Part shown: positions 17,307 through 26,848 of the stretch, piece after piece
Layout: every line of letters starts with the position of its first letter
Numbering within the stretch: position 1 is the first letter of the stretch
Assembly (NCBI GenBank): GCA_048938105.1
Contig: JBHLMN010000031.1
Location: 1 to 27,255, forward strand
From: Promethearchaeota archaeon
GTDB lineage: Archaea; Asgardarchaeota; Heimdallarchaeia; Hodarchaeales; Hodarchaeaceae
Length of the DNA: 27,255 bases
Reading direction: 5' to 3'
Program-made: the position numbers and the translations under genes
The notes under the pieces: generated by a model
Databases searched by the model: none
What the model saw: only the letters and a program-made list of their open reading frames with translations
Told to the model about the DNA's origin: nothing

Positions 17307-18512
17307 ATGCTAAATTCATTTAAATCACCTGTTTTCAACAAGCTAGATACATTTTTGTCCCAATTAGTAGAAGATAAGAAGGCACCAGGAATAATTTTTC
17401 TTTTATATGAAAAAGGAAAAACGAGATTTCTGCAAAAATATGGATGGCAAGATATAGAGAATGAAATACTATTAGAATTCGATGCTATTTTCAGAATTTA
17501 TTCAATGACTAAACCAATTATAACCATTGCATTGATGATGTTATTTGAAGAAAGGAAATTTAAATTAAATGATCCTATTTCTAAATTTTTACCTGAATTT
17601 AAAGATATGAAAGTTTTTGTGAAAGAAGAAAATGGAAAAATTATTACAGAGGAATTAGAACGAGAGATAACTATTCTTGATCTATTTACCCATACTTCAG
17701 GTTTAGGTTCTAAAGAGACAGATGATCCTATTGATAAACAGTATAAGGAAAAATTATCCTTTGATAAGACAAAGGTGATGTCATTGGAGCAAGTAATCAC
17801 GGTTATTTCTTCATTCCCGCTTCGATTCCAACCAGGTAGATATTTTAAATACAGCTATGGATTAGATGTACTGGGGAGATTAATTGAAGTTCTCTCTGAA
17901 AAACCTTTAGATGAATTTTTGAAGGAAAGGGTATTTCATCCTTTGGAGATGGAAGACACTGCCTTTTATGTTCCTAGAGAGAAATTAGATAGATTCATTA
18001 AAATCTATACCTATAACGAAGATAATACTCTCGAAGTTGTCAATACTCCCTCTGAAATTGAACGATATGATATCAGCCATAAATTCTTCTCAGGGGGAGG
18101 TGGTCTTGTCTCTACAATAAAAGATTTCTTTAATTTTGCGTCAATCTTTCTTAATAAAGGAATATTTAAAGGAAATCGACTATTATCTCCAGAGACAATC
18201 GATCTTATAACAAAAAACCATCTCAAGAATAACCAAACAATTCCAGATCTAGTACTGGACAGAGTACCTGATGACAACTATTTTCTGAATTTGACTGGAT
18301 ATGGGCAAGGCCTCGGAATTAGAGTATTGATTGAAGAGGGTATTAGACCAACAGCAATTGGGGAACATGGTTGGGGAGGTGCTGCGGAAACATTTTACTG
18401 GGTTGACCCTTTGAATAAAGTTCTTGGTATATTTATGACACAATTGATACCAGATCTTACAAACGAGATTTGGAGGGTAATGCAATTAGCATACAGCGGA
18501 TTAGGTCTATAA
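17307..18512 (+). CDS. Serine hydrolase, beta-lactamase class C-like family
   Basis: FRIYSMTKP (SxxK), LFTHTSGL, FKYSY, SGGGGL, GWGGAA. Confidence 0.95.
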   Translation: MLNSFKSPVFNKLDTFLSQLVEDKKAPGIIFLLYEKGKTRFLQKYGWQDIENEILLEFDAIFRIYSMTKPIITIALMMLFEERKFKLNDPISKFLPEFKDMKVFVKEENGKIITEELEREITILDLFTHTSGLGSKETDDPIDKQYKEKLSFDKTKVMSLEQVITVISSFPLRFQPGRYFKYSYGLDVLGRLIEVLSEKPLDEFLKERVFHPLEMEDTAFYVPREKLDRFIKIYTYNEDNTLEVVNTPSEIERYDISHKFFSGGGGLVSTIKDFFNFASIFLNKGIFKGNRLLSPETIDLITKNHLKNNQTIPDLVLDRVPDDNYFLNLTGYGQGLGIRVLIEEGIRPTAIGEHGWGGAAETFYWVDPLNKVLGIFMTQLIPDLTNEIWRVMQLAYSGLGL

Positions 18513-18544
18513 GAATATAATGAATTTTGAAGAAAGTAAATATC

Positions 18545-18574
18545 TTTGTCGCAAAAGGCTGGATTAACATCAAT
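18545..18574 (+). repeat. Dispersed GGCTGGATT-core repeat
   Basis: TTTGTCGCAAAAGGCTGGATTAACATCAAT. Confidence 0.9.
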
Positions 18575-18871
18575 AGTTAGGATGTACTTTTATCCCTCAT
18601 TTTTTAAAGACCTTGATTGATGTTTTAAGTACCTTCATTGCATTATGTAGGAGCAAGATTGTCAGAAAAACAAAAAGTAAATTTTAAATTGAACACACGA
18701 AGATTAGATCTTTACTGGTATGAAGACTCTCTTTCTCACGACATCAGATTTTATCACCTATTATTATTCAATCTGGTATTAATTTTATAATTAGTCGAAA
18801 AGCTCAAAAAATTGTATGAGACTCAATTTTTCATTTAAATTCCATATAAAAAAGCTCATAGGGTCATCCGA

Positions 18872-20020
18872 ATGGATTATGTAAATTTTGGTATTGTTGG
18901 TTGCGGAATGGCAGGATCATTTCATATTTTAGGAGTTAAAAAACGACTAGATATGAAAATAAGATATATTGCGGCATGTGATGTGAACAAAAGAAATTTA
19001 AAGAGGTTTACACGCAGAAATAAAGTGAAAGCCTATAGTAATATTCAGGATTTTCTTAAAGATGATGAGATTGAAGCAGTTCTTCTTGCGGTACCTCATT
19101 ATCTTCATGCTCCTCTTACTAAAAAAGTAGCTGAAGCTGGAAAACATGTACTTTGTGAAAAACCAATGGCTCCAACGTTAGAAGAATGTGATGTAATGAT
19201 TAATGCTACAAAAGAGGCAGGAGTCAAGTTTATGATTGCAGAAAACCATAGGTTTCTGCCTGCTCATCAATATATTAAGGATTGTCTTGAAAGAAATATT
19301 ATTGGAGATATTTACCTAGGACGAACATATGAAGGTGCTTTTTGTGAAACTTCTCAATTTCTAGACCCTAGCACTTGGAATTTCCGATATGATCAGGGGG
19401 GAGGAGGAGTTGTAGCTGATCAAGGCGTCCATAAATTCTCGATTTTAAACTGGTTTCTTGGGGAAGTCGACTCAGCACAATGTTGGTGTGGAAAAGCACT
19501 ACCTAGTCCTGATGTTAAGGGAGAAGATAATGCAATTGTCTTATTAAGGTATAAAAACGGAGCTATGGTTGATGTTGTAGTTAGTTCCATAACTATACAT
19601 CCTCTTAATAATAACACGGAACTTCATGGAACGAATGGGACAATCTTAGAAGATCATTCTTGGGATAATCCTGTTAAGATTTTTTCCGCTCATGAAAGCG
19701 CTGAAAAAAAAGGTGAATACTATACTCCTTCAACTCCAATCGAACACGGTCCCTATCCGAAGTATTATACGATTTCTGCTCGTTATGAGGATTCACATTT
19801 TGCAGATTGCATATTGAATAATAAAGATCCAGATTTTTCTCCAGAACAAGCCAAAGAAGCTGTTGCAGTTGTTCTATTAGCATATTTATCAACAAAAAAT
19901 GGAAGAATGACATCAATGGATGAACTGAAAGAAATTTATGAAAATTTGGGGACGAAGAGTATTTTACAAGGTTTAAATAAAGTTGTTCAAAAAAATTATA
20001 GATCCATCCAATGGAAATAA
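18872..20020 (+). CDS. Gfo/Idh/MocA family oxidoreductase
   Basis: GIVGCG, GKHVLCEKPMA, GGGVVADQGVH. Confidence 0.95.
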   Translation: MDYVNFGIVGCGMAGSFHILGVKKRLDMKIRYIAACDVNKRNLKRFTRRNKVKAYSNIQDFLKDDEIEAVLLAVPHYLHAPLTKKVAEAGKHVLCEKPMAPTLEECDVMINATKEAGVKFMIAENHRFLPAHQYIKDCLERNIIGDIYLGRTYEGAFCETSQFLDPSTWNFRYDQGGGGVVADQGVHKFSILNWFLGEVDSAQCWCGKALPSPDVKGEDNAIVLLRYKNGAMVDVVVSSITIHPLNNNTELHGTNGTILEDHSWDNPVKIFSAHESAEKKGEYYTPSTPIEHGPYPKYYTISARYEDSHFADCILNNKDPDFSPEQAKEAVAVVLLAYLSTKNGRMTSMDELKEIYENLGTKSILQGLNKVVQKNYRSIQWK

Positions 20021-20037
20021 TGATCTAGGACTGAGAT

Positions 20038-20922
20038 GTGATGTTTGGTAAACATCTAGTAGCAGTGTTAACACCCTTTACGATTAATGGAGACATTGAC
20101 TATGGATACATTCGGTCCTTTATACCATTATTAATCAAAGGAAATGTAGAAACTATTATAATTTGTGGTACAACTGGTGAGGGGCCCTCAGTAACCATAG
20201 CTGAAACTGAACAAGTTATACAAGTCGTTTCAGAATTTCAAAGGAAAATAAGGATCATTCTGGGCATTTTTCGAATGAATGTACCAGAAGTATTGAACTT
20301 TCTAAATTTAGGCGAGGAATACCAAATTGATGGAGTTCTTCTATTACCACCATTTTATTTTAAAAACTTAAGTGATGATGGATTATTTAACTATTTTTCC
20401 AAAGTTATGAATAAGTTTTCTATACCTGTAATTCTTTACAATATTCCAAAATATACGGGAGTCTCCCTGAGTCTTAATTTAATTAGAAAACTATCTGAAT
20501 TTTCCCAGTTATTTGGGATTAAGGATTCTTCTGGAGATATTACTCAAACTCGTCAATTTATTCAAGAATTTCGAGATATAAAAATATATTCTGGAAATGA
20601 CGCTTTAATACATAAATCACTCCTAGCTGGATCTCATGGAGTTATTACAGCTCTCAGTAACGCATTTCCTAATATTGTTCATGAGATAATTGAAACAACT
20701 TCAAATAACCAATTGCTAAAAGCAGAAAGTCTACAAACCAAGTTAAGCAAAATACGATCAGAAACAAAAAAATATCCACAAATAGCTAATATAAAAACTT
20801 GTGTAGAGCGATATCTTAATCTTCCACCCATGTATGTTAGACCTCCATTAATAAATCTAAATGAGGAACAGAAGAAAAAGATGGTCCTTTCAATAAACAA
20901 CATTTTAATGAAGAGATTGTAG
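20038..20922 (+). CDS. DapA/NAL family class I aldolase
   Basis: TPF, GTTGE, LYNIP, GIKDSSG (Schiff-base Lys). Confidence 0.92.
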   Translation: MMFGKHLVAVLTPFTINGDIDYGYIRSFIPLLIKGNVETIIICGTTGEGPSVTIAETEQVIQVVSEFQRKIRIILGIFRMNVPEVLNFLNLGEEYQIDGVLLLPPFYFKNLSDDGLFNYFSKVMNKFSIPVILYNIPKYTGVSLSLNLIRKLSEFSQLFGIKDSSGDITQTRQFIQEFRDIKIYSGNDALIHKSLLAGSHGVITALSNAFPNIVHEIIETTSNNQLLKAESLQTKLSKIRSETKKYPQIANIKTCVERYLNLPPMYVRPPLINLNEEQKKKMVLSINNILMKRL

Positions 20923-20938
20923 TAAAAGGAATGAAGAA

Positions 20939-21883
20939 ATGGTTGATATAGTAAGTATTGGGGAATGTATGATCGAATTATATATGGAACCTCGTTTTGG
21001 AGAAAATATTTATGTTAGAGGTTTTGGTGGAGATACTCTTAACACAATAGTTGCGGCTGCTCGTTTAGGTTCCTCAGTGGCTTATCTAACAAAAATTGGC
21101 TATGATCCTTTTAGTCAGTTTCTCTTAGCCTCGTGGAAAAAAGAAAAAATTGACGTTTCTCAGATTAAAAAGGTTAAGGGGGCGTTTATCGGGCTATACT
21201 TTATTAATTTAGATGAAAATGGAGAAAGAAGTTTCCAATATTATAGAAAAGGCAGTGCAGCAAGTACCTTAATTCCAGAAGATTTTGATATAGCATTCAT
21301 TAGGGAAGCTCTTATTTTATATTCATCAGGAATAACCCAAGCATTATCTGAAACCAATCAATATACAGTCAAAGAACTTTTTAGGAATTATAAAGCAAAA
21401 AGCTCTCATACAAAGCTTATCGCTTATGATCCAAATTATAGAGAACAACTCTGGTTTGATCGAAAAGAAAAAGCTATTGAAGCTCAAGAAGAAGTACTTC
21501 CTTATATCGACTTGATATTCCCTAGTTTTCCCTCAGATGCAAAATTAAGCAATTCAAATACTCCAGAAGAAATGATTAACTTTTATACAAGTAAAGGAAT
21601 AAATACAGTTATAGTAAAACTAGGAGCCAAGGGATCAATATTTACAAATGATAGGGGGAAAACTATTCAAAGAGTTCCAGCATTTAATCCCTCCAAAATA
21701 GTTGATACTACTGGAGCTGGTGATGCTTTTAATGGAGGAGTCTTAAGAGGTTTCATCAAGAAATTTTCAGTCGAAAAAGCGGTTAAATTTGGCACCCTTA
21801 TTTCTGGTTTGAAAATTCAGGGAAAGGGTGCCATTACCTCTCTTCCAACTTTAACAGAAGTAAATCGACATTGGAAAGGTTAA
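20939..21883 (+). CDS. PfkB family sugar kinase (2-keto-3-deoxygluconate kinase-like)
   Basis: IGECMIEL, FGGDTLN, YDPNYR, DTTGAGDAFNGG. Confidence 0.92.
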   Translation: MVDIVSIGECMIELYMEPRFGENIYVRGFGGDTLNTIVAAARLGSSVAYLTKIGYDPFSQFLLASWKKEKIDVSQIKKVKGAFIGLYFINLDENGERSFQYYRKGSAASTLIPEDFDIAFIREALILYSSGITQALSETNQYTVKELFRNYKAKSSHTKLIAYDPNYREQLWFDRKEKAIEAQEEVLPYIDLIFPSFPSDAKLSNSNTPEEMINFYTSKGINTVIVKLGAKGSIFTNDRGKTIQRVPAFNPSKIVDTTGAGDAFNGGVLRGFIKKFSVEKAVKFGTLISGLKIQGKGAITSLPTLTEVNRHWKG

Positions 21884-21895
21884 TACTAAATAAAG

Positions 21896-22705
21896 GTGGT
21901 TCATGTGAAAGATATGCTAAAATTAATTATAACTGCAACAACAGCAAACTCATGGATTTCTCCAGAGGTGAAGAATTGGGCAACAACTACCAACGAGCTT
22001 GTTAAAGATGTTGTTCAGTGTACTGAAGCTGGTGCATCAATTGCACATGTACATTTAACGAGAGGGCACGAAGCCGAAATAGTAAATAGAATCCGTGAGA
22101 ATACGGATGTTATCATACAAGCTGGAATGTCCAGTGATATTATCCCAGATCGTCAAGGAGATTTCGAAGCTAAACCTGACATGATGAGTGTGATTTTAAA
22201 CCATCATGACGAACATTTTACAAATCTTTCTTTAAATCGGTTACATCCCCGTGAAGAATTAGAAGAATATTGCTTAAAACTTAGAGAATTTCAAATAAAA
22301 CCTGAATGGGAAGTTTGGCACACAGGTTCTTATTATAACCTAAACTATCTCATCAAAAAACAGTTAGTTACTCCTCCCCATGTATTAACGCTGTTTTTCA
22401 ATTGGCCTGGTGGCACATGGTCCCCACCCACAGCGGACGAATATCTCCATAGGAAAAAGTATATGCCAGCTCATTCGGTTCATACTATTAGTGTAATGGG
22501 AGAAGAACAGACTAGGATTGCCACATTAGCAATAACTCATGGGGGAAATGTACGAGTCGGTACTGAGGATTTTCCTTATATAAAACCTAATGTTCCAGCT
22601 AAAAATAATGCCGAACTAGTCGCGCGAATGGTAAAAATAGCCAAAGAATTGGGACAAGAGATAGCAAATCCCAAAGAAGCCCGTAAGATTTTGGGATTAA
22701 TATAA
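21896..22705 (+). CDS. Beta-keto acid cleavage enzyme (BKACE/DUF849) family
   Basis: EAGASIAHVH, KPEWEV, GGNVRVGTED, NAELVAR. Confidence 0.93.
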   Translation: MVHVKDMLKLIITATTANSWISPEVKNWATTTNELVKDVVQCTEAGASIAHVHLTRGHEAEIVNRIRENTDVIIQAGMSSDIIPDRQGDFEAKPDMMSVILNHHDEHFTNLSLNRLHPREELEEYCLKLREFQIKPEWEVWHTGSYYNLNYLIKKQLVTPPHVLTLFFNWPGGTWSPPTADEYLHRKKYMPAHSVHTISVMGEEQTRIATLAITHGGNVRVGTEDFPYIKPNVPAKNNAELVARMVKIAKELGQEIANPKEARKILGLI

Positions 22706-22720
22706 CTAGAGAGGATAAAA

Positions 22721-23470
22721 TTGATGAAATTAAAGGACAAAGTTGCAATCATAACTGGTGCTGGAGCGGGAATAGGAGAAGCTACCGCATTATTATTTGC
22801 TAAAGAGGGGGCAAAGGTCTGTTGTAATTCGATTTCAGATTCAGCTTCCAAAGTAGTGGAAAAAATTAAACAGCAAAGGGGAGATGCGATTTTCATACAG
22901 GGAGACGTTTCTGAACTAAGAATTTGTAAGAAAATAGTAGAGGATACTATTGATAACTATAGTAATCTTGACATCCTTTTTAACAATGCTGGTATTGTGC
23001 TTCCAGGTAGCGTTGATACAATGGCTGTTGATGATTGGGATAGAACAATAGCTGTTAATGTTCGGTCGGTATACTTGATGTCAAAGGTTGCTTATCCATA
23101 TTTAAAAAAAACTAAGGGGACTATAATTAATACAGGTTCATCTGTTGCATTTAAGGGAGTCAAAAATCGTGCAGCTTACACTGCCTCAAAAGGTGCTGTA
23201 TTATCAATGACTCGTGCCATGGCTATGGACTATATGGAAGATGGAATCAGAGTGAATTGTATAAGCCCAGGTACCACTGATACTCCTTCCTTAGCAAACC
23301 GACTTGCTCAATTTGAGGATCCTATTGAAGCACGAAAAGAATTTGTTGCGAGACAACCAATGAAACGTTTAGGAACACCAGAGGAAATTGCAGATGGAGT
23401 ATTATATCTAGTACTAGCAGAATTCTGCACAGGAATATCATTATCCATAGATGGTGGCATGACTGCTTAA
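22721..23470 (+). CDS. SDR family oxidoreductase
   Basis: TGAGAGIG, NNAG, YTASK, SPGTTDT. Confidence 0.95.
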   Translation: MMKLKDKVAIITGAGAGIGEATALLFAKEGAKVCCNSISDSASKVVEKIKQQRGDAIFIQGDVSELRICKKIVEDTIDNYSNLDILFNNAGIVLPGSVDTMAVDDWDRTIAVNVRSVYLMSKVAYPYLKKTKGTIINTGSSVAFKGVKNRAAYTASKGAVLSMTRAMAMDYMEDGIRVNCISPGTTDTPSLANRLAQFEDPIEARKEFVARQPMKRLGTPEEIADGVLYLVLAEFCTGISLSIDGGMTA

Positions 23471-23474
23471 AAAA

Positions 23475-24251
23475 CTACTTAGTAGTCCATCCACCATCAA
23501 TTCGAAGATCAGATCCTGTAATATAAGAAGAAGCGTTACTAGCAAGGAATATTATCCCCTCCGCAATTTCTTCTGGTTTAGCCCATCGTCCTAGAACTCC
23601 CTCTTCTTCGAATTCTTTCTTTATTACATCAAAGGAAGCTCCTCGATCCTTTGCCTGTTTCATAACATCAATTCTAAGCATTGGAGTATCGGTTGCTCCT
23701 GGTGATACACTATTTACTCGTACATTATAGGGTGCAAGATCAAGAGCTAAAGCTCTTGTTAATCCAAGAATCCCCGCTTTGGTGGAACAATAGTTTGCAT
23801 GAGCAACCTGTCCGATATGAGCTGCTACGGAAGCCAGAGTGATAATAGATCCCGATTTTTGGTCTTTAAAATAAGGTACTGAGAATTTGCAACAATAAAA
23901 GGTACCTTTGAGATTGACATTAATAAGTAGATCATAGTTTTCGTCAGAGAATTCTTCTATGGGGCCAACACGTACAACACCAGCATTAGCAATTAGTACA
24001 TCAATTCTGCCATATTTCTTTATGACAGAATCAATGTGATTTTTAACTTCAACTGGATGAGTAACATCTACTTTTTCAACAAATGTTCGATTCTTTGCTT
24101 CATTGATTAGTGAAAGAGTCTCATTCAATCCTTCTTCATCAATATCTGAAAGAAATTGGATTGCCCCTTCTTTTGCAGCTAAAATCGCGGTAGCACGGCC
24201 AATACCTGATGCAGCTCCTGTTATAACTATTACCTTGTCTTTTAATTTCAT
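23475..24251 (-). CDS. SDR family oxidoreductase
   Basis: TGAASGIG, ANAG, YCSTK; start set at ATG 24251 (MKLKDKV), which removes the overlap with the M24 gene. Confidence 0.93.
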   Translation of the reverse strand: MKLKDKVIVITGAASGIGRATAILAAKEGAIQFLSDIDEEGLNETLSLINEAKNRTFVEKVDVTHPVEVKNHIDSVIKKYGRIDVLIANAGVVRVGPIEEFSDENYDLLINVNLKGTFYCCKFSVPYFKDQKSGSIITLASVAAHIGQVAHANYCSTKAGILGLTRALALDLAPYNVRVNSVSPGATDTPMLRIDVMKQAKDRGASFDVIKKEFEEEGVLGRWAKPEEIAEGIIFLASNASSYITGSDLRIDGGWTTK

Positions 24252-24270
24252 CTTATTTTTCACCAATACG

Positions 24271-25401
24271 TTATTTAACAAATATTTTCTTTTCAAGCGT
24301 TGACAAAGGTTTACATCCTGAGTCAGTAATTTGATAACAGTCTTCTATACCTATTAAACCAAAATTTCCAACAGGTTGCCATACTTCAATATCGCATACC
24401 ATATTTTTCTCAAATGGAGACTTCAACGTATGAAGTGCAGAGAAGATATGGATCTCTTCAACTTCTAATCCAATGCTATGGCAAGTAGGACTTGTTCGGG
24501 CAATTTTTGATAAACTTCTTGAAAACTTTCTTGCTGCTTTAAATACTGATCTTGGATCTATCCCTGGTTTTATTTCACTCACACAAAATTCTTGAACTTT
24601 TATCATGCGATCCATAGCTTTTTCTGCACGTTCAGGTATGGCTCCCAATACCATATGTCTACTAACATCGCTAACATATCCCTTCCAGACTGCACCGAAA
24701 TCTAATCTTGTAAGATCTCCTTTCTTCATAGTTGTTCCTATTCCAGGAGCTTCTGGATCAGCTGATCCAATTCCTAAGGTGAGATGATCCCACCCTTCTG
24801 CTCCCGCGTCAATTATTGTTTTACGGGCTACTTTTAATAACTCGTGGTCTGTAATACCAGCATATGCAGATTCGTAACACGCTTGAATCGCCTGTTCAGC
24901 GATTTCGGTAGATTTCTTTATCCGTTGGATTTCTTCCTTGGATTTTATTAACCTTATTTCAAGAAAAACTGGATCAGCATCCTGGAAGTGAATATCAGGA
25001 AATTTTGTTTTCAGGAATTCACTTTGATAACGGGGCATGTTGGACTCTAAGGCAACAGTTTTACCAGATAGTTCATTATCCGTTATTAATTTTTCAACCT
25101 CTTTAAGTGCATGAGAAACAGAAAGAACTCCATGGGTATTATCTGGATGAATCCAAGAATAGTGTTCTAAACTATTAAAAACCATCCAATAGATTAAGTC
25201 TACGTCACCAGATTGCTGAATTAGTGATAAAAATGGATATTGATTTTTTAAAACCCATAATATTGGATTATTTGCTACATGAAGAGTTGGTAATCCGGAT
25301 GTGTAAAAAACATTAACCCCCGAAGAAGCAATAAGCAAATCAATATCGTACTTTTTCAAAATCTCATTTACTCTTTTTTTATTATAACCAATGGCTTCCA
25401 T
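24271..25401 (-). CDS. M24 family peptidase-like protein
   Basis: RLIKSKEEI, DFGAVWKGYVSDVSR, HSIGLE, DIEV, GIED. Confidence 0.9.
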   Translation of the reverse strand: MEAIGYNKKRVNEILKKYDIDLLIASSGVNVFYTSGLPTLHVANNPILWVLKNQYPFLSLIQQSGDVDLIYWMVFNSLEHYSWIHPDNTHGVLSVSHALKEVEKLITDNELSGKTVALESNMPRYQSEFLKTKFPDIHFQDADPVFLEIRLIKSKEEIQRIKKSTEIAEQAIQACYESAYAGITDHELLKVARKTIIDAGAEGWDHLTLGIGSADPEAPGIGTTMKKGDLTRLDFGAVWKGYVSDVSRHMVLGAIPERAEKAMDRMIKVQEFCVSEIKPGIDPRSVFKAARKFSRSLSKIARTSPTCHSIGLEVEEIHIFSALHTLKSPFEKNMVCDIEVWQPVGNFGLIGIEDCYQITDSGCKPLSTLEKKIFVK

Positions 25402-25436
25402 ATTTTACGAGTCTTCCTAAATCTTTATAGAAAGTA

Positions 25437-25787
25437 TTAATCATCCTCATAATCCATAAAAATCTCTAATCGCTGGAGATCAGCTGGACTCCCTTTAGGT
25501 TGAAGTTCACCTTCCATGAAAGCTTCCATTGGATCGACATCACCTTTGAGAATACCATAAAACAAATCTGAATTTACAGTTAGACTCATATCAGGATTCT
25601 CCATAGTTCCTTCTTCTAATTGAGCTTTTTTATTCTCAAAAAGCATTTTAACAGAGAAACCAATGTCTGGAAATACGAAAAGGAAGACTTTATTGAAATC
25701 TTCGAATTCATCAGCTACTTCTGGTTCCTTTTCTAGTAAATCAGTCCATTTCTTTAAATGTGTCATAAGCTGTTCTTTTGTTGCCAT
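25437..25787 (-). CDS. SCP2 sterol/lipid-binding domain protein
   Basis: PDMSLTV...GDVDPMEAFMEGELQPKG. Confidence 0.88.
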   Translation of the reverse strand: MATKEQLMTHLKKWTDLLEKEPEVADEFEDFNKVFLFVFPDIGFSVKMLFENKKAQLEEGTMENPDMSLTVNSDLFYGILKGDVDPMEAFMEGELQPKGSPADLQRLEIFMDYEDD

Positions 25788-25863
25788 ATTTAAACCCTCA
25801 ATTTATTGTTTGGTTAAAGTTATTTATACACCACTTCTACTTTTTCTCTTTTGATCATACTTT

Positions 25864-26772
25864 TTATTGAATTTCTTCAATTTGAGCTTGCCTTTTTGCT
25901 AGGAGGAAGGAGCTAATAATAATTAACACAATAGCACAAAGGAAGAATAATAGTTCGATGATCCCAGGTGGAACTAAAAGAAAAACAATTAAATAAACAA
26001 GAGCTGGAGTGATTTGGATAGGAATTTGTTGAATCGGAATCAATATGGACGCTCTACCTACCTTGAACGAATCTTGAATATATTTAATACCATAAATATT
26101 TGTTAAAGTAAGTAGAACTGAAGCAAAAACGAATATTGCTACTTCACCTAACACAGCAACCATTTCAAAAACTCTGACAATAGTAGCCATCAGAGGAAAC
26201 ACCCAAAAGTTGGCTAAAGCAAAACAAAATCCAGAAACTATAGCCAAGTATAATCCTTTATATGAGTCACGTGTTGTCCTTCTCTGGCCAACGTCAAAAA
26301 CTATCATAAAGGCAAAACAACCGAATGTGAATAAACCTACTCTCACGAGGAAGTCTAGATTTAATACTTCATAATCTGCAATATCTATGGCCATACTACT
26401 TAAACCAAGCATAGTAATTGCACCAATCATAAGTAAGATTCCAATAACCTCTGGAAGCTCTAACTCCTCTCCTACTATTTTTAATGATCCTAATGCTAGG
26501 ACAATAAGACCTGCAGCCATTAAACCTGGGATTAAGGCTGGTCCGACGTATATTTGAGCCCACATGAAGAAGATAGCCCCTATACCATTCTGTAAAATGA
26601 GTCCGAATAACCATAGACGGTTTGTAAGAAGAGTTCTGTAAAATTTATCATCTCTGTGTTCCTGTGGAACATCATTAACCACTTTTTTCTGCAGAACAGT
26701 ACCGAAATTATTGACGACGCCTGAAGTGATCGCTAGAAAAACTCCAAACCAATACAGACTTGCCATCAACAA
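25864..26772 (-). CDS. DMT superfamily transporter (NIPA-like)
   Basis: About 9 TM segments; GTVLQKK, LWLFG, IVGEEL...EVIGI; start probably ATG 26766. Confidence 0.8.
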   Translation of the reverse strand: MLMASLYWFGVFLAITSGVVNNFGTVLQKKVVNDVPQEHRDDKFYRTLLTNRLWLFGLILQNGIGAIFFMWAQIYVGPALIPGLMAAGLIVLALGSLKIVGEELELPEVIGILLMIGAITMLGLSSMAIDIADYEVLNLDFLVRVGLFTFGCFAFMIVFDVGQRRTTRDSYKGLYLAIVSGFCFALANFWVFPLMATIVRVFEMVAVLGEVAIFVFASVLLTLTNIYGIKYIQDSFKVGRASILIPIQQIPIQITPALVYLIVFLLVPPGIIELLFFLCAIVLIIISSFLLAKRQAQIEEIQ

Positions 26773-26848
26773 ACAACAGCCAGTTTAAAGTGAGTGCCAA
26801 TCAAATAAAATAAAAAACCTAAAATACTTTTCGTTCAAAGCTAGGTTT

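Noticed and set aside
2950-18574. Repeat interpreted as a CRISPR array
   Set aside because: Intervals are 0.7-2.4 kb and contain whole genes, the copies vary, and there are no cas genes.
11291-18574. Repeat interpreted as canonical integron attC sites
   Set aside because: No RYYYAAC...GTTRRRY ends or long imperfect hairpin could be found by eye, and no intI is present in the window.
11291-18574. Repeat as a conserved peptide (N-V-V-K-G-W-I-N-T)
   Set aside because: The variation is mostly non-synonymous and the copies are not in a consistent ORF.
11291-18574. Repeat as a transcription-factor operator
   Set aside because: Not palindromic, and the distance to downstream starts ranges from about 30 to 360 nt. 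Disfavoured but not excluded; a 3'-UTR RNA element also remains possible.
605-26614. Short overlapping or antisense ORFs (605, 3873, 4383, 6634, 8087, 8120, 9812, 14311, 14794, 15163, 16936, 17498, 18011, 18249, 19420, 19674, 20679, 22576, 24103, 24605, 25663, 26396)
   Set aside because: They overlap better-supported genes or have no recognisable motifs.
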